DNA of 64,000 nt from an uncultured Candidatus Saccharibacteria bacterium. GTDB lineage: Bacteria; Patescibacteriota; Minisyncoccia; Phycocordibacterales; UBA9973. Numbering within the stretch: the first letter of the stretch is position 1; each line of letters opens with the position of its first letter. A program made the translations under genes and the position numbers. Below the pieces are notes generated by a model. That model did not search any database and was not told the DNA's origin. It worked only from the letters and a program-made list of their open reading frames with translations. Shown here piece after piece: positions 27,629 to 37,663 of the stretch. Location: positions 2,784 to 66,783 of the forward strand of contig CAZMZT010000002.1 of the NCBI GenBank assembly GCA_964571085.1, given 5' to 3'.

Positions 27629-28075
27629 ATGAAAAAGATCTTTGTTGCACTCATTCCGATTTTTGCGATTTTTATTGTAGCCACAGCATTTGCCGCTCCG
27701 CCTGACGTTGGAAAGCAGAAGAATGACCAGGTTACACTGGCGACACAGCCGCAGGAAGATATGTGCATCGCCACGACTGATGCCACATTACTGCCCGGTT
27801 TTACAGAAGCTGTTTCCGGTATTAATGATGTTAAGAAAGCTGCTTACCCCAATCTGCCCGGAGGTGCTGTTTTTACTGACAACATTGAACTGGCTTCAAA
27901 TGCAATCAACAACACTACAGCGGTAAAAAAAGAAGCTAAAAAATATGATGCCAGCCTTTGCCAGGATTCAGGAGTGTATATTGGGAATCAACAAAACAGT
28001 TCTGATAACAATCTGATCAACCGGAATAATGATGTAGCTGCCCCCAAAGACACGGAACCCGTGCAAACTGAATAA
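27629..28075 (+). CDS. Secreted hypothetical protein with a signal peptide
   Basis: The signal peptide is MKKIFVALIPIFAIFIVATAFAAPP. A TTGACA-17-TAATAA promoter lies at 27416..27445. A terminator hairpin at 28107..28140 follows. Confidence 0.4.
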   Translation: MKKIFVALIPIFAIFIVATAFAAPPDVGKQKNDQVTLATQPQEDMCIATTDATLLPGFTEAVSGINDVKKAAYPNLPGGAVFTDNIELASNAINNTTAVKKEAKKYDASLCQDSGVYIGNQQNSSDNNLINRNNDVAAPKDTEPVQTE

Positions 28076-28161
28076 GAAAAAAGAAAAGAACACAAATGCA
28101 GATAAGGTTCAGATTCGCTCTGAACCTTATTTTTTATTTACAAATACGTTATAATACTCTC

Positions 28162-28506
28162 ATGCTTTTCCAAATCTTACACATACGAAAACAAGTCCGC
28201 GAACTCAAAGAAGACCCAGGCAAGTTTGCCGGAGGCCAGGCAGGGGAGGTGCTGATGGGTATAGTCATACTACCTATTATTATCCTTGTGCTAGGACTTG
28301 TGTTCCTGTTCGTACTTGCTTTTACCGAGCTCCTCGGAGGGCCTTATCTCTTTTTTAAAATTATATTTTTTATAGGGCTTTTTGTTAGTGTTGGCATAGC
28401 GTCACTTTTATACTCTGTAGCATCACTTGTGAAGCGTGTTACGAAAAATGCAGTAAACAAAACAGTAGAGACTATCTCTATCAAGCCTGATGAAGTAAAG
28501 AAGTAG
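28162..28506 (+). CDS. Small membrane protein (hypothetical)
   Basis: The hydrophobic core is ...LMGIVILPIIILVLGLVFLFVLAF.... The start is placed after the upstream terminator. Confidence 0.3.
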   Translation: MLFQILHIRKQVRELKEDPGKFAGGQAGEVLMGIVILPIIILVLGLVFLFVLAFTELLGGPYLFFKIIFFIGLFVSVGIASLLYSVASLVKRVTKNAVNKTVETISIKPDEVKK

Positions 28507-28613
28507 CTTACTCTCCAAGCACCTTATCTACAAAAATGCTATAATAATAGTATCGAAAGGTCGGACTATCTATCGAGAGGACGCCTTATTAAATAATCTC
28601 TAAAATATAATAT

Positions 28614-29687
28614 ATGAATAAAAATACAGTCATTGGATTGTTGGTTTTGATCGTTGTCCTTGGAGGAGGGTATTACCTTTTAAACAATAAAGGTATAAAG
28701 GACGATTCAACTAATACACCAATCAATGATGGAACTGGAGCCCCAGTCACACCATCTACACCTAGCGCTCCATCTGTCGAGACAGTAAAGAGCAACTCAA
28801 CATCGAATTCTACAGCATCTATAACTGGATTAATAAATCCAAATGGAGCATCTACAAATTATTGGTTTGAATATGGAGAGGGAACTTCTATTGGCAAGAA
28901 GACAGCAGAACAAGTGCTAGGAGCAGGGTACTCAGCTACACCAGCTCCTGGGTTTATAAATGGTCTAAGTGCTAACACAGTTTATTCTTATCGCTTAAGC
29001 GCCAAGAATAGCTTTGGGGTTGTAAACGGAGCTGTTTATACTCTACAGACCAACAACACACCACCAGCAAAGACATCACCACCAACAACTCAGACAAATA
29101 ACGCAGTGGATATAGAGCGTATGACTGCTACTCTGAAGGGTCAGGTGAATCCAAACGGTTCAGCTACTAGCTACTGGTTTGAATACGGCAATGATAAGGA
29201 CTTTGGTCATGTCACTACATACCAGACTACAAACGCAGGGTCTTCGTTTATGGTTGTTTCTGGCAACATAACAAGCCTCTCACCACTTACGAAGTACTAC
29301 TTTCGTTTAAATGGTCAGAACCAGTTTGGAACTGTAAATGGTGCAACTATGACATTTACAACTGATGGCCCAGCTGCTTTCAGTAAACCAACAGTTTCGT
29401 CACCTACTTCTAGTGCAGTAAATTCTTCTAGTGCGATGCTAGGAGGACGGATCAATGCAAACGGAGCAGATACTACTTACTGGTTTGAGTATAGTACTGA
29501 TTCATTGCTTGGGAATCTGATTGGCAGTGGTACAACCAAGAAAACAGTCACAGGCATGAATACACAGACTATCCAGACAAAGGTAGATGGACTGAATTCA
29601 GGGACAAAGTATTTCTATCGTCTAGTAGGCAAGAGCGAGTACGGCACAGTTTATAGTGACTCTGCTTCTTTTACAACAAAAAAGTAG
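28614..29687 (+). CDS. Membrane-anchored surface protein with three tandem ~100-aa beta-rich repeats
   Basis: The repeat signatures are NGASTNYWFEYGEGTS, NGSATSYWFEYGNDKD and NGADTTYWFEYSTDSL. The N-terminus has a TM anchor. Confidence 0.5.
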   Translation: MNKNTVIGLLVLIVVLGGGYYLLNNKGIKDDSTNTPINDGTGAPVTPSTPSAPSVETVKSNSTSNSTASITGLINPNGASTNYWFEYGEGTSIGKKTAEQVLGAGYSATPAPGFINGLSANTVYSYRLSAKNSFGVVNGAVYTLQTNNTPPAKTSPPTTQTNNAVDIERMTATLKGQVNPNGSATSYWFEYGNDKDFGHVTTYQTTNAGSSFMVVSGNITSLSPLTKYYFRLNGQNQFGTVNGATMTFTTDGPAAFSKPTVSSPTSSAVNSSSAMLGGRINANGADTTYWFEYSTDSLLGNLIGSGTTKKTVTGMNTQTIQTKVDGLNSGTKYFYRLVGKSEYGTVYSDSASFTTKK

Positions 29688-29796
29688 ACATACGAAGCCT
29701 TAGTAAAAGCCCCACAGTTGGGGCTTTTACTATCTATCAGGTATAAAAAATGGCTGTGTTGCTTTCTGCAACACAGCCAGTGTTTTTTGAGGATAA

Positions 29797-30621
29797 TCAC
29801 TTGTCCTCACTTTCAAAAATAAAATTAAGGCTAAAGTTCAAGCCTATGGGAGGGTTGTGGGAGTATTTACCATATTGGTAAACTCCGAATTGGTCATTGT
29901 AAGAATACTTTTGACCCTCAGTCCTGATGTTTGGTCCGACAAAGAATATTGCCGGTCCAAATTTTAAGCATAAACCTCCTATCAGATTGCTCCTCCTATC
30001 AGATTGCCTACTCTGTTGGAAATTTACACCTGGTACCTGCCTCTCATTGTTTCCCATTATTTCCATTCCATAGATAGCCTTAAGGCCTATGGTTTTGTTG
30101 AAAAAGTAGAGTATCTCCACTTCTCCAAGGAGCATGTTTTTTGCCCAATCATTTGAATTTTTAGGCGGTAACATGAGGAAGGTTAGATCTCCACCAATGT
30201 GGACAGAATTTACGAAATTCATGTGAGCAGTTGCCCCATAGAAAATCGAACTTGTCTTAGGGACACTCCCATGATTAGGGATGATACCTATAGTAGGACC
30301 ACCACCAAAGGCTACTTTAGATTCTTTGGAAAGATGTTTGATCTTTCCAATACCTAAAGAAACAATAGTGTATTGTTCCAATGGATGGCCGCTTTTGTGG
30401 CCCAACGGTTGCACCCTGAGTGCATGGTAAGCGAGGCCTAATTTGTTGCCTCCATATACTCCCTGTATCTTCCCATAGAGGTTCTTCTCAGAACCTCCTG
30501 AGTAATCCTTACCGGTATTCATACCAACAGTAACTATTGTGAAGTACTCGGGGGTTTTTCCTTGTGATTGTGCTTTATGCACAAAAAAAGCCATAAAGGC
30601 CAAAGCTAACATTTTTCTCAT
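29797..30621 (-). CDS. Secreted beta-rich protein (hypothetical); contains a 16-bp tandem nucleotide duplication
   Basis: The signal peptide is MRKMLALAFMAFFVHKAQS. The duplication is at 29975..30007. Confidence 0.35.
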   Translation of the reverse strand: MRKMLALAFMAFFVHKAQSQGKTPEYFTIVTVGMNTGKDYSGGSEKNLYGKIQGVYGGNKLGLAYHALRVQPLGHKSGHPLEQYTIVSLGIGKIKHLSKESKVAFGGGPTIGIIPNHGSVPKTSSIFYGATAHMNFVNSVHIGGDLTFLMLPPKNSNDWAKNMLLGEVEILYFFNKTIGLKAIYGMEIMGNNERQVPGVNFQQSRQSDRRSNLIGGLCLKFGPAIFFVGPNIRTEGQKYSYNDQFGVYQYGKYSHNPPIGLNFSLNFIFESEDK

Positions 30622-30696
30622 GAGTGGTTTTTTATTTGTGATTTAAAAATTTGTACAGTTTATTGTATATTTAATAACATTTCCAAGGCTAAAAGT

Positions 30697-30745
30697 CAAG
30701 CAAAACCCTCCCCTAGGCTTGACCTAGGGGAGGGTTTTGGGGCTC
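30697..30745. terminator. Strong GC-rich hairpin terminator (CAAAACCCTCCCCTAGG...CCTAGGGGAGGGTTTTG)
   Basis: A 17-bp perfect stem lies between convergent minus-strand genes. Confidence 0.5.
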
Positions 30746-30751
30746 TATAGA

Positions 30752-31876
30752 TTATTTGTTGTTTGCGAAGTCCTCGGCTGTGGCTGTGTAGGTAGTTGGC
30801 TTCTTGATCCTTTTCTTCAGCTCTGCTAGTAGCTCGTCTGATTGTGTGGTCATTGTTGTTCCAAAGTAATTCTGCACCTCTCCTGTTGTTAGCTCGATGC
30901 ATTCCCCAGTTGGTTTACCCATTTTATCTACAAGACGTAATAGTACTTTGTGTTCGGATTTACTTGTATTAAGGTTTCCGGCATCTGTTATGGATTTTGT
31001 ATCTCGCACGGCGGCACACAAGAATCCAATCAAATGCCTGTTGGTACCCCATATTGATTCACCCCATTCTGCGTATGCAGAGTACGGGTCAGCTTCTTTC
31101 GATTTAGTTTCTTCTGGTTCAGTATATACGATGTCTACTGCTGGTGGAGTATAATACTTGCGGTATTTTTCTGCATCTGATATGTACCCTTTTCCTACTA
31201 ACTCTTCAGGAGAGTACTTACCACTCTTAAGTGTATTTATGAGCCACTTTTCATATTCTGCTCCTCCTTTGCCGTCACCTGACTTAGCAGGTTTCAATTC
31301 TTCACCAGGAGCTACTTTCTTATAATATGTTTTCTTTCCATCAACATGAGACTTTACATATCCTGGTGGGACTTGTTTTACTTTCTTGCCTCCTTCTCCT
31401 GGGTCAGTGTTTATATACTCGGTAGTATTTTTATTACTAGAGAATTCTTTCTCTGCACTATTGTTGATTGTCGCGTTCGCTGCTCCTGCTAGAGTTATGA
31501 ATCCGAGTGTCATGAATAGTTTATCTTTTGCGTCTTTCAAGGACTCAACTGCATCTTTCAAGGACTTAACTATACCTTTCTTTTCTTGTTTCACTACCGT
31601 AGCAGTATTCTCGTTTTCTGTGAATGGGATTTCTTGTGCCACCCACACTGGTTTCTCTGGAGGGTAGGAACTGAGTAGATCTTCTCGGACTTCTTTTAAT
31701 TTACCTTCTTCAGTTACCTTCAACGAGTTGCCAGGTCTAACTGCATCTTTATTTGATTCTCCAGTTTGAGAATTCAAGAATTCGTTAACTTTTTCTGTGT
31801 TTTTACCAACACTTTTTTTGTTTTCTTTGGCCTCGCCGTCTGGGCGACCCAACTGCATCTTGATTTTATCTGGCAT
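30752..31876 (-). CDS. Hypothetical secreted/Lys-rich protein
   Basis: 374-aa ORF with no recognizable motifs. Confidence 0.3.
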   Translation of the reverse strand: MPDKIKMQLGRPDGEAKENKKSVGKNTEKVNEFLNSQTGESNKDAVRPGNSLKVTEEGKLKEVREDLLSSYPPEKPVWVAQEIPFTENENTATVVKQEKKGIVKSLKDAVESLKDAKDKLFMTLGFITLAGAANATINNSAEKEFSSNKNTTEYINTDPGEGGKKVKQVPPGYVKSHVDGKKTYYKKVAPGEELKPAKSGDGKGGAEYEKWLINTLKSGKYSPEELVGKGYISDAEKYRKYYTPPAVDIVYTEPEETKSKEADPYSAYAEWGESIWGTNRHLIGFLCAAVRDTKSITDAGNLNTSKSEHKVLLRLVDKMGKPTGECIELTTGEVQNYFGTTMTTQSDELLAELKKRIKKPTTYTATAEDFANNK

Positions 31877-31984
31877 AGTTTCGATACGATTTATGGTTAA
31901 TTGTTCTTACATTATACCAAATCACAATACAGTTGTCATAACCTTGTTTCTTTTGACTTCAAAACCTAGTATACTTGTCTCCAT

Positions 31985-32914
31985 ATGAAAATACTTCGCA
32001 ATATAGGCGCGAGTGGTCCGATACTGATAGTAACAGCAGCAGTCCTATGGGCTCTCGACGGGGTTATACGTAGGCACCTTTACTCGCTCCCACCTATAAC
32101 CATCATATTCTTTGAGCATTTGGTGGGCCTGATCATCATACTGCCTTTTGTATGGAAGAACTTCGTAAAGGAAAGGCCCGGCAAGCGCGAATTCCTACTA
32201 CTCTTACTAGTCGCAGTGCTCAGTGGTCTACTAGGCACACTATGGTTCACAACAGCACTTTTGAAAGTCCACTTTATATCTTTCTCTGTTGTATTCTTGC
32301 TCCAGAAGCTCCAGCCGATATTTGCGATAGCATCTGCCTCCATATTCCTCAAAGAAAAGTTTGATCATCGTTATACCAGGTGGGCACTGCTTGCACTGGT
32401 GTCGGCATACTTTGTGACCTTCCCTAACGGTCATGTGAATCTAAGTACTGGCGAGGGGACAGCCATAGCAGCCCTCTATGCACTTGGGGCGGCTTTCGCT
32501 TGGGGTACATCGACTACATTCTCAAAGATGATACTCAACAAAGTTTCATACAAAGTCAGTACATTCTATAGGTTCCTTATCACTACAGTTATTGCGTTTA
32601 TTCTAATCCTAGTCTCTGGTTACTTGCCATCACTAGGAACTCCGACACTTCCGCAGTTTGGGCTCTTTGCACTGATAGCAGTGTCTACTGGAGTAGTTGC
32701 ACTTATGATTTACTATAAAGGTCTCTCAAAAACTCCAGTTCACATAACTACTATGCTCGAGCTTACATTCCCATTCATAGCAATATTTATAGATATGACT
32801 TTGTACAACACAACCCTATCAGTTTCTCAGCTGATCTTTGCTGTGGTACTTTCTTTTGCAATTTATAAGATAGCAAAACTTCAATCCAATGCTGTTGTCA
32901 TCAAAACAAATTAG
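31985..32914 (+). CDS. EamA/DMT-family transporter
   Basis: 309 aa with ~10 TM helices. The EamA-like repeats are ...VTAAVLWALDGVIRR... and ...ALGAAFAWGTST.... Confidence 0.6.
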   Translation: MKILRNIGASGPILIVTAAVLWALDGVIRRHLYSLPPITIIFFEHLVGLIIILPFVWKNFVKERPGKREFLLLLLVAVLSGLLGTLWFTTALLKVHFISFSVVFLLQKLQPIFAIASASIFLKEKFDHRYTRWALLALVSAYFVTFPNGHVNLSTGEGTAIAALYALGAAFAWGTSTTFSKMILNKVSYKVSTFYRFLITTVIAFILILVSGYLPSLGTPTLPQFGLFALIAVSTGVVALMIYYKGLSKTPVHITTMLELTFPFIAIFIDMTLYNTTLSVSQLIFAVVLSFAIYKIAKLQSNAVVIKTN

Positions 32915-33260
32915 AGGCCAAGGGCGGGGACACAAAGTAGGGTTCCCAACTATAAACCTAGTTGTACCAAAAGACCTTTCTTTAGATGAAGGCATCTATG
33001 CTGTCTGGGTAGTTATAGATGGGCGCACTTATAAAGGAGCGCTTCACTATGGAGCCATACCGACTTTCCAATTGAAAGACAAGACTATGGAAGTCCACCT
33101 CATCGACATCACGGACGACACAGTTCCAGTAACAGAAGATAAAGTTATCGAGATAGATGTAGTAGAACCTATACGAGGAGTTAGGAAGTTTGATGATGCA
33201 GAATCCCTCGCTATACAGATAGCAATCGATATCAAAAACGTCAATGCTATTTTAAAGTAG
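32889..33260 (+). CDS. Riboflavin kinase (monofunctional flavokinase domain)
   Basis: ...RGQGRGHKVGFPTINL... matches the flavokinase G-GRG--LGFPTAN motif. Confidence 0.6.
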   Translation: MLLSSKQIRGQGRGHKVGFPTINLVVPKDLSLDEGIYAVWVVIDGRTYKGALHYGAIPTFQLKDKTMEVHLIDITDDTVPVTEDKVIEIDVVEPIRGVRKFDDAESLAIQIAIDIKNVNAILK

Positions 33261-33300
33261 ACATTTTCCGCTTTCTATTTATGTGAAAATGCGGTAGTAT

Positions 33301-34782
33301 GTGACCCATATGTCGCACGGCGAAGCAGTAGTAAGATTTGAAAAAGTCTCATTTGAATACGGACACAACAAGCCCATCCTAGATGCGGTGGATTTTGTGA
33401 TCAAGCGTGGTATGAAAGTCACAATCATGGGACAGAACGGTGCTGGCAAAAGCACGCTGTTCTCACTCATTACCCGCGCTAATCCACCTGAGAGTGGCAA
33501 CATCCACCTAGCTCAGCGTGCGACTGTAGCACTTTCTCGCCAAGTCATACCTCGCGACGAACTCGAGCTCACAGTCAGAGAGTTCTTCGAAAAGTGCTTT
33601 AAGGAAAAGGTTTATGACATAGACCCACGCATCGATGATGTGCTCGAAGTTGTAAACCTTAAAGGCCATGAAGAAGTCCATGATCGTATCGTAAAGTCTT
33701 TCTCTGGTGGTCAGCAGGCACGCCTACTACTCGCGTCTGCTCTAATCCAAGAACCCGACATACTACTCCTCGATGAGCCGACCAACAACCTCGACAAAGC
33801 AGGTATTGCACACCTTACAGACTTCCTTGTGAAGTACAAGAAGACAGTGGTAGTCATATCGCACGATGCGGAGTTCCTCAATGCATTTACAGACGCGGTC
33901 CTATACCTAGATGTCTATACCAAGAAGATCGAGCAGTATGTCGGTAACTATACAGATGTACGAAGTCAGATAACAGCACGTATGGAGCGCGAGAACCGCA
34001 AGAACGCACTACTCTCAAAAGAAATCCAAGCCAAGAAAGACCAAGCAAATGCTTTCGCCATGAAAGGAGGCAACCTGCGTGCTGTGGCCAAGCGCATGCG
34101 TGACCTCGCAGAAGAACTCGAAGAAGAGAAGGTAGATGTCAGAAAAGAAGACAAGACTATCCGCCCTTTCACCATCCCATTCCAAGGCGATCTAATAGGT
34201 GACATACTCAAACTCACTTCGATATCAGTACTCAAAAAAGGTAAACCAACCAAGAAGAAAGTGAGTGTCGCACTTCGCAAGAACAAGCATTTACTACTAT
34301 CCGGTCCCAATGGCATAGGCAAGAGCACTCTGCTTGAGTCTATAGCTCGAGGTGAAGTAGAGGGTACAGAGATACTGAAAGGCACTCGCATAGGTTACTA
34401 TCGTCAGGACTTCTCGACTCTAAACTTTGAAGACACAGTTTTCGAATCTCTTGCCAACATTAGTCGCTCTGTTGTCGGTCGTGTAGATGAAGAACGAATT
34501 CGTGCAGTTGCTGCTTCTTTCCTAATAGTAGGCGACATGGTGCACACTCGTATTGGCAGTCTATCAGAAGGTCAGAAGGGCTTGGTTGCCTTTGCAAGCT
34601 TGGTGCTACTTCGCCCAGGTCTACTCATACTAGATGAACCGACCAACCATATAAATTTCCGCCATCTACCAGTTATCGCAAAAGCGCTTGATGAATACGA
34701 AGGAGCTATGATACTGGTGTCTCACGTAGCTGACTTTGTTCACCAGATTCGTATTGATGATACTCTAGACCTAGAGAAGTAA
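33301..34782 (+). CDS. ABC-F family ATPase (tandem ABC domains, no TM domain)
   Basis: The first cassette has GQNGAGKST, LSGGQQARL and LLDEPTNNLD. The second has GPNGIGKST, LSEGQKG and LDEPTNHI. Confidence 0.8.
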   Translation: MTHMSHGEAVVRFEKVSFEYGHNKPILDAVDFVIKRGMKVTIMGQNGAGKSTLFSLITRANPPESGNIHLAQRATVALSRQVIPRDELELTVREFFEKCFKEKVYDIDPRIDDVLEVVNLKGHEEVHDRIVKSFSGGQQARLLLASALIQEPDILLLDEPTNNLDKAGIAHLTDFLVKYKKTVVVISHDAEFLNAFTDAVLYLDVYTKKIEQYVGNYTDVRSQITARMERENRKNALLSKEIQAKKDQANAFAMKGGNLRAVAKRMRDLAEELEEEKVDVRKEDKTIRPFTIPFQGDLIGDILKLTSISVLKKGKPTKKKVSVALRKNKHLLLSGPNGIGKSTLLESIARGEVEGTEILKGTRIGYYRQDFSTLNFEDTVFESLANISRSVVGRVDEERIRAVAASFLIVGDMVHTRIGSLSEGQKGLVAFASLVLLRPGLLILDEPTNHINFRHLPVIAKALDEYEGAMILVSHVADFVHQIRIDDTLDLEK

Positions 34783-34823
34783 TTTCTTTGTGCAAGGCCT
34801 ATTGATGTAGTATATTTATATTT

Positions 34824-35444
34824 ATGGATAACAGTCGCCACGAGAAAGAACTAGTCTTTGCTCAAATACTCTACTTATATATCATCCCTACATTGCTCCT
34901 ATACTATGGAGTCATCCCTGGTCAGTTTAGGATCCTTATGCTTTTTACTGTGTCGCTACTTATGTATGGAATCATAAAGCGATCTCATTGGACTTATGCT
35001 GATCTAGGCATCACAAAAAACTTCCTCAAAGACATAGCACCTTATACAATTTTTACACTGGTTGGAGTCGGGTTTATCCTATGGCTTTCTCAGATAACTT
35101 CTATGCACCTGAAGTTTTCTTATCAATGGTGGTCTGATATGAAGTTCCTCTTACTATTCATACCTATTAGCGTACTACAGGAAGTAGTATTTCGAGGGAT
35201 ACTCATGAGGCTACTTCGTCATGCATTTAAAAACACAGCTTTTATCATAGTCCTCAATGCGTCTTTGTTTGCATTGATACATGTTATATACGACAACTCA
35301 ATTTTCATACTACCGATGACATTTATCGGAGGGATAGGCTTTGCTTGGATATACTACAAATACCCCAACCTCATACTCGTGTCTATCTCACATACTATAT
35401 TAAACTTTACGGCCATGGCCTTAGGATTCTTTGTTGTCCGATAA
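34824..35444 (+). CDS. CPBP-family (CAAX) intramembrane metalloprotease
   Basis: The family motifs EEVVFRG, FALIHV and SHTILNF appear in a 206-aa polytopic protein. Confidence 0.65.
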   Translation: MDNSRHEKELVFAQILYLYIIPTLLLYYGVIPGQFRILMLFTVSLLMYGIIKRSHWTYADLGITKNFLKDIAPYTIFTLVGVGFILWLSQITSMHLKFSYQWWSDMKFLLLFIPISVLQEVVFRGILMRLLRHAFKNTAFIIVLNASLFALIHVIYDNSIFILPMTFIGGIGFAWIYYKYPNLILVSISHTILNFTAMALGFFVVR

Positions 35445-35463
35445 TCTAGTATAATAGTATCGT

Positions 35464-36777
35464 ATGCGTGATACTGGATTAACAAAAAGGAAAATAAAAG
35501 CAATGCTCAGGGACCCTATAGTTAGGACTGTATTGGTTAGTGCTTCTACTATAATCATTACCTTGGGTTTAATATTTGCTGTAGTCTGGCACTATCGTGA
35601 ACCTATACTCAAAATCTTGGCTTCCAAGTACTCGTCTGTGACCAAACCGATCGAATCGAACTTGGTGTATGAACCAATAACAGAACAAGAAGAGATCGCA
35701 CAAACTACTGCCGTAGTAGAAGAACCAGAAGTTGCTGTGGTAATAGATCCAGAACAAAGTGTTGTCGACATCGTTAGGAAAGCCAAGCCTGCAGTGGTGT
35801 CTATTGTTGTTAGCAAGATGGTCCCTATATATGGGGTTTCTTATCAGCAAATTCCTGGGACTCTTTTTAAAACTCCGGTATATACAGAGAGTGGTAAAGA
35901 AAAGAAACAAACAGGTAGTGGGTCAGGATTCTTTATCTCATCAGATGGGTTGATAGTTACTAATAGGCATGTAGTATCTGAGAAGGATGCTATCTACGAT
36001 ATCATTCTTAACAACGGCAAGACTTATACGGGTACAGTACTTGCTCGTGATACAGTCCTTGATTTTGCTTTGATAAAGATTGAAGGGAAGGGGTTCTCTT
36101 ACTTGGAGTTAGGTGACTCTGACTCTATAGAAGTTGGAGAGAGTGTCATAGCCATAGGTAACACCCTAGGGAAGTACGACAATACTGTGTCTACCGGGAT
36201 AGTCTCTGGTCTCTCTCGTTCACTCACGGCTTCAAATAAATCAGGTGGCACAGAAAGACTCGACAAAGTTATACAGACAGATGCCGCTATAAATCCAGGT
36301 AACTCTGGGGGTCCACTGATAAACTTGAAGGGTAAAGTCATAGGTATCAATGTTGCTGTAGTTGAGGGCTCTTCAAATGTAGGGTTCGCACTTCCTTCAA
36401 ACAGTGTAAAGAGCTCTATAAGTTCTGTGAAGAGTACTGGGAAAATTATCAGACCGTATGTAGGGGTAAGGTATATTCCTATCACAACGGAGTTGAAATC
36501 CAAGAACAACCTTTTGGTTGACTATGGCATCTGGGTAAAGCAAGGGAGTAGTGCGGGAGACCTAGCTGTTGTGCCTGGGTCTCCAGCTGAGAAAGCAGGT
36601 ATCAAAGAAGGTGACATCATCCTTACTGTAGATGGACAGGCAATCAACGAAGACCAGAGCTTTTCTTTCCTTATCAACCAGAAGAAAGTGGGTAATACTG
36701 TAGTACTCCGAGCCTTGTCAAACAACACTGAGAAGACATTTGCTGTAAAGCTGGAAGCGTCCCCAGAGAGCCTATAA
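35464..36777 (+). CDS. htrA: HtrA/DegP-family serine protease with PDZ domain
   Basis: The catalytic triad contexts are TNRHVV, DFALIKI and GNSGGPLIN. A C-terminal PDZ domain follows. Confidence 0.85.
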   Translation: MRDTGLTKRKIKAMLRDPIVRTVLVSASTIIITLGLIFAVVWHYREPILKILASKYSSVTKPIESNLVYEPITEQEEIAQTTAVVEEPEVAVVIDPEQSVVDIVRKAKPAVVSIVVSKMVPIYGVSYQQIPGTLFKTPVYTESGKEKKQTGSGSGFFISSDGLIVTNRHVVSEKDAIYDIILNNGKTYTGTVLARDTVLDFALIKIEGKGFSYLELGDSDSIEVGESVIAIGNTLGKYDNTVSTGIVSGLSRSLTASNKSGGTERLDKVIQTDAAINPGNSGGPLINLKGKVIGINVAVVEGSSNVGFALPSNSVKSSISSVKSTGKIIRPYVGVRYIPITTELKSKNNLLVDYGIWVKQGSSAGDLAVVPGSPAEKAGIKEGDIILTVDGQAINEDQSFSFLINQKKVGNTVVLRALSNNTEKTFAVKLEASPESL

Positions 36778-36814
36778 GCTCGCATATTTTTAGTAAACGG
36801 AATATAATCACTTT

Positions 36815-37315
36815 ATGTCAGAAACTAATCATGAATCATACCAGAGACCTTCATGGGATGAATACTTTATCCAAATGGCTGATTTAGTAGGTACTAGAGG
36901 CACTTGCGATAGAGGTAGAGCAGGTGCGGTTATTGCAAAAGATAAACGCATACTCTCTGCTGGTTATGCAGGTTCGCCTGTAGGACTTCCACATTGTGAT
37001 GAAGTAGGCCATGAAATGCATACGGTTACAAACGAAGATGGGACTACTTCACGCCACTGTATACGTACTGCACATGCAGAGCAGAATGCAATTGCGAATG
37101 CTGCTCGTGTTGGTGTTGGTGTCGAAGGTGCTACTCTATACTGTAAAATGCTTCCATGTTACATTTGCGCTAAAATGATTATAAATGCAGGAATAAAGAG
37201 AGTTGTCGCTTTGAAAGATTATCACGCCACAAAAAGGTCTAAGGAAATTTTTAGTGATGCTGGTATTGAATTGGTTATTATTAACAATGAAGTTGAATCT
37301 TATAAAGACCAGTAA
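36815..37315 (+). CDS. dCMP deaminase (cytidine/deoxycytidylate deaminase family)
   Basis: HAEQNAI and PCYICAKMI zinc-binding motifs. Confidence 0.8.
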   Translation: MSETNHESYQRPSWDEYFIQMADLVGTRGTCDRGRAGAVIAKDKRILSAGYAGSPVGLPHCDEVGHEMHTVTNEDGTTSRHCIRTAHAEQNAIANAARVGVGVEGATLYCKMLPCYICAKMIINAGIKRVVALKDYHATKRSKEIFSDAGIELVIINNEVESYKDQ

Positions 37316-37318
37316 TAT

Positions 37319-37648
37319 ATGGTAAATCTAAAAGAATTACAAAAGGAAGTAATGAGGAATAAACTAGAGAAGGGCTTCAACACGACCGATGTGGCGCTTG
37401 AGTTTTGTCGTGCTCATGAGGAGCTCTCAGAAGCATTTTCGAAGTTCAACAAAAACCAAGATGGAGTTGCTGAAGAGTTTGCCGATGTGGCTGTGTTCTT
37501 GCTAGGTATGTGTGAGATACTCGGATACGACCTAGAAGATGAACTAATACGTAAGATTGAAATAAACAAAAACCGTAAATATAAAAAGATGAAGTCCCCA
37601 GACGGCAAAGACATATTTATAAGAGAGAAGTCAGACATAGATCCATAA
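37319..37648 (+). CDS. MazG-like nucleotide pyrophosphohydrolase
   Basis: ...AHEELSEAF...EEFADVAVFLL... is an EExxE/D acidic pair pattern. Confidence 0.5.
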   Translation: MVNLKELQKEVMRNKLEKGFNTTDVALEFCRAHEELSEAFSKFNKNQDGVAEEFADVAVFLLGMCEILGYDLEDELIRKIEINKNRKYKKMKSPDGKDIFIREKSDIDP

Positions 37649-37663
37649 AAAATCCGCTTAGCA

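Noticed and set aside
29797-30621. Calling the signal-peptide beta-rich protein an outer-membrane beta-barrel
   Set aside because: There is no clear C-terminal aromatic beta-signal, and the organism appears to be a monoderm (CPR-like). It is left as a secreted hypothetical protein.
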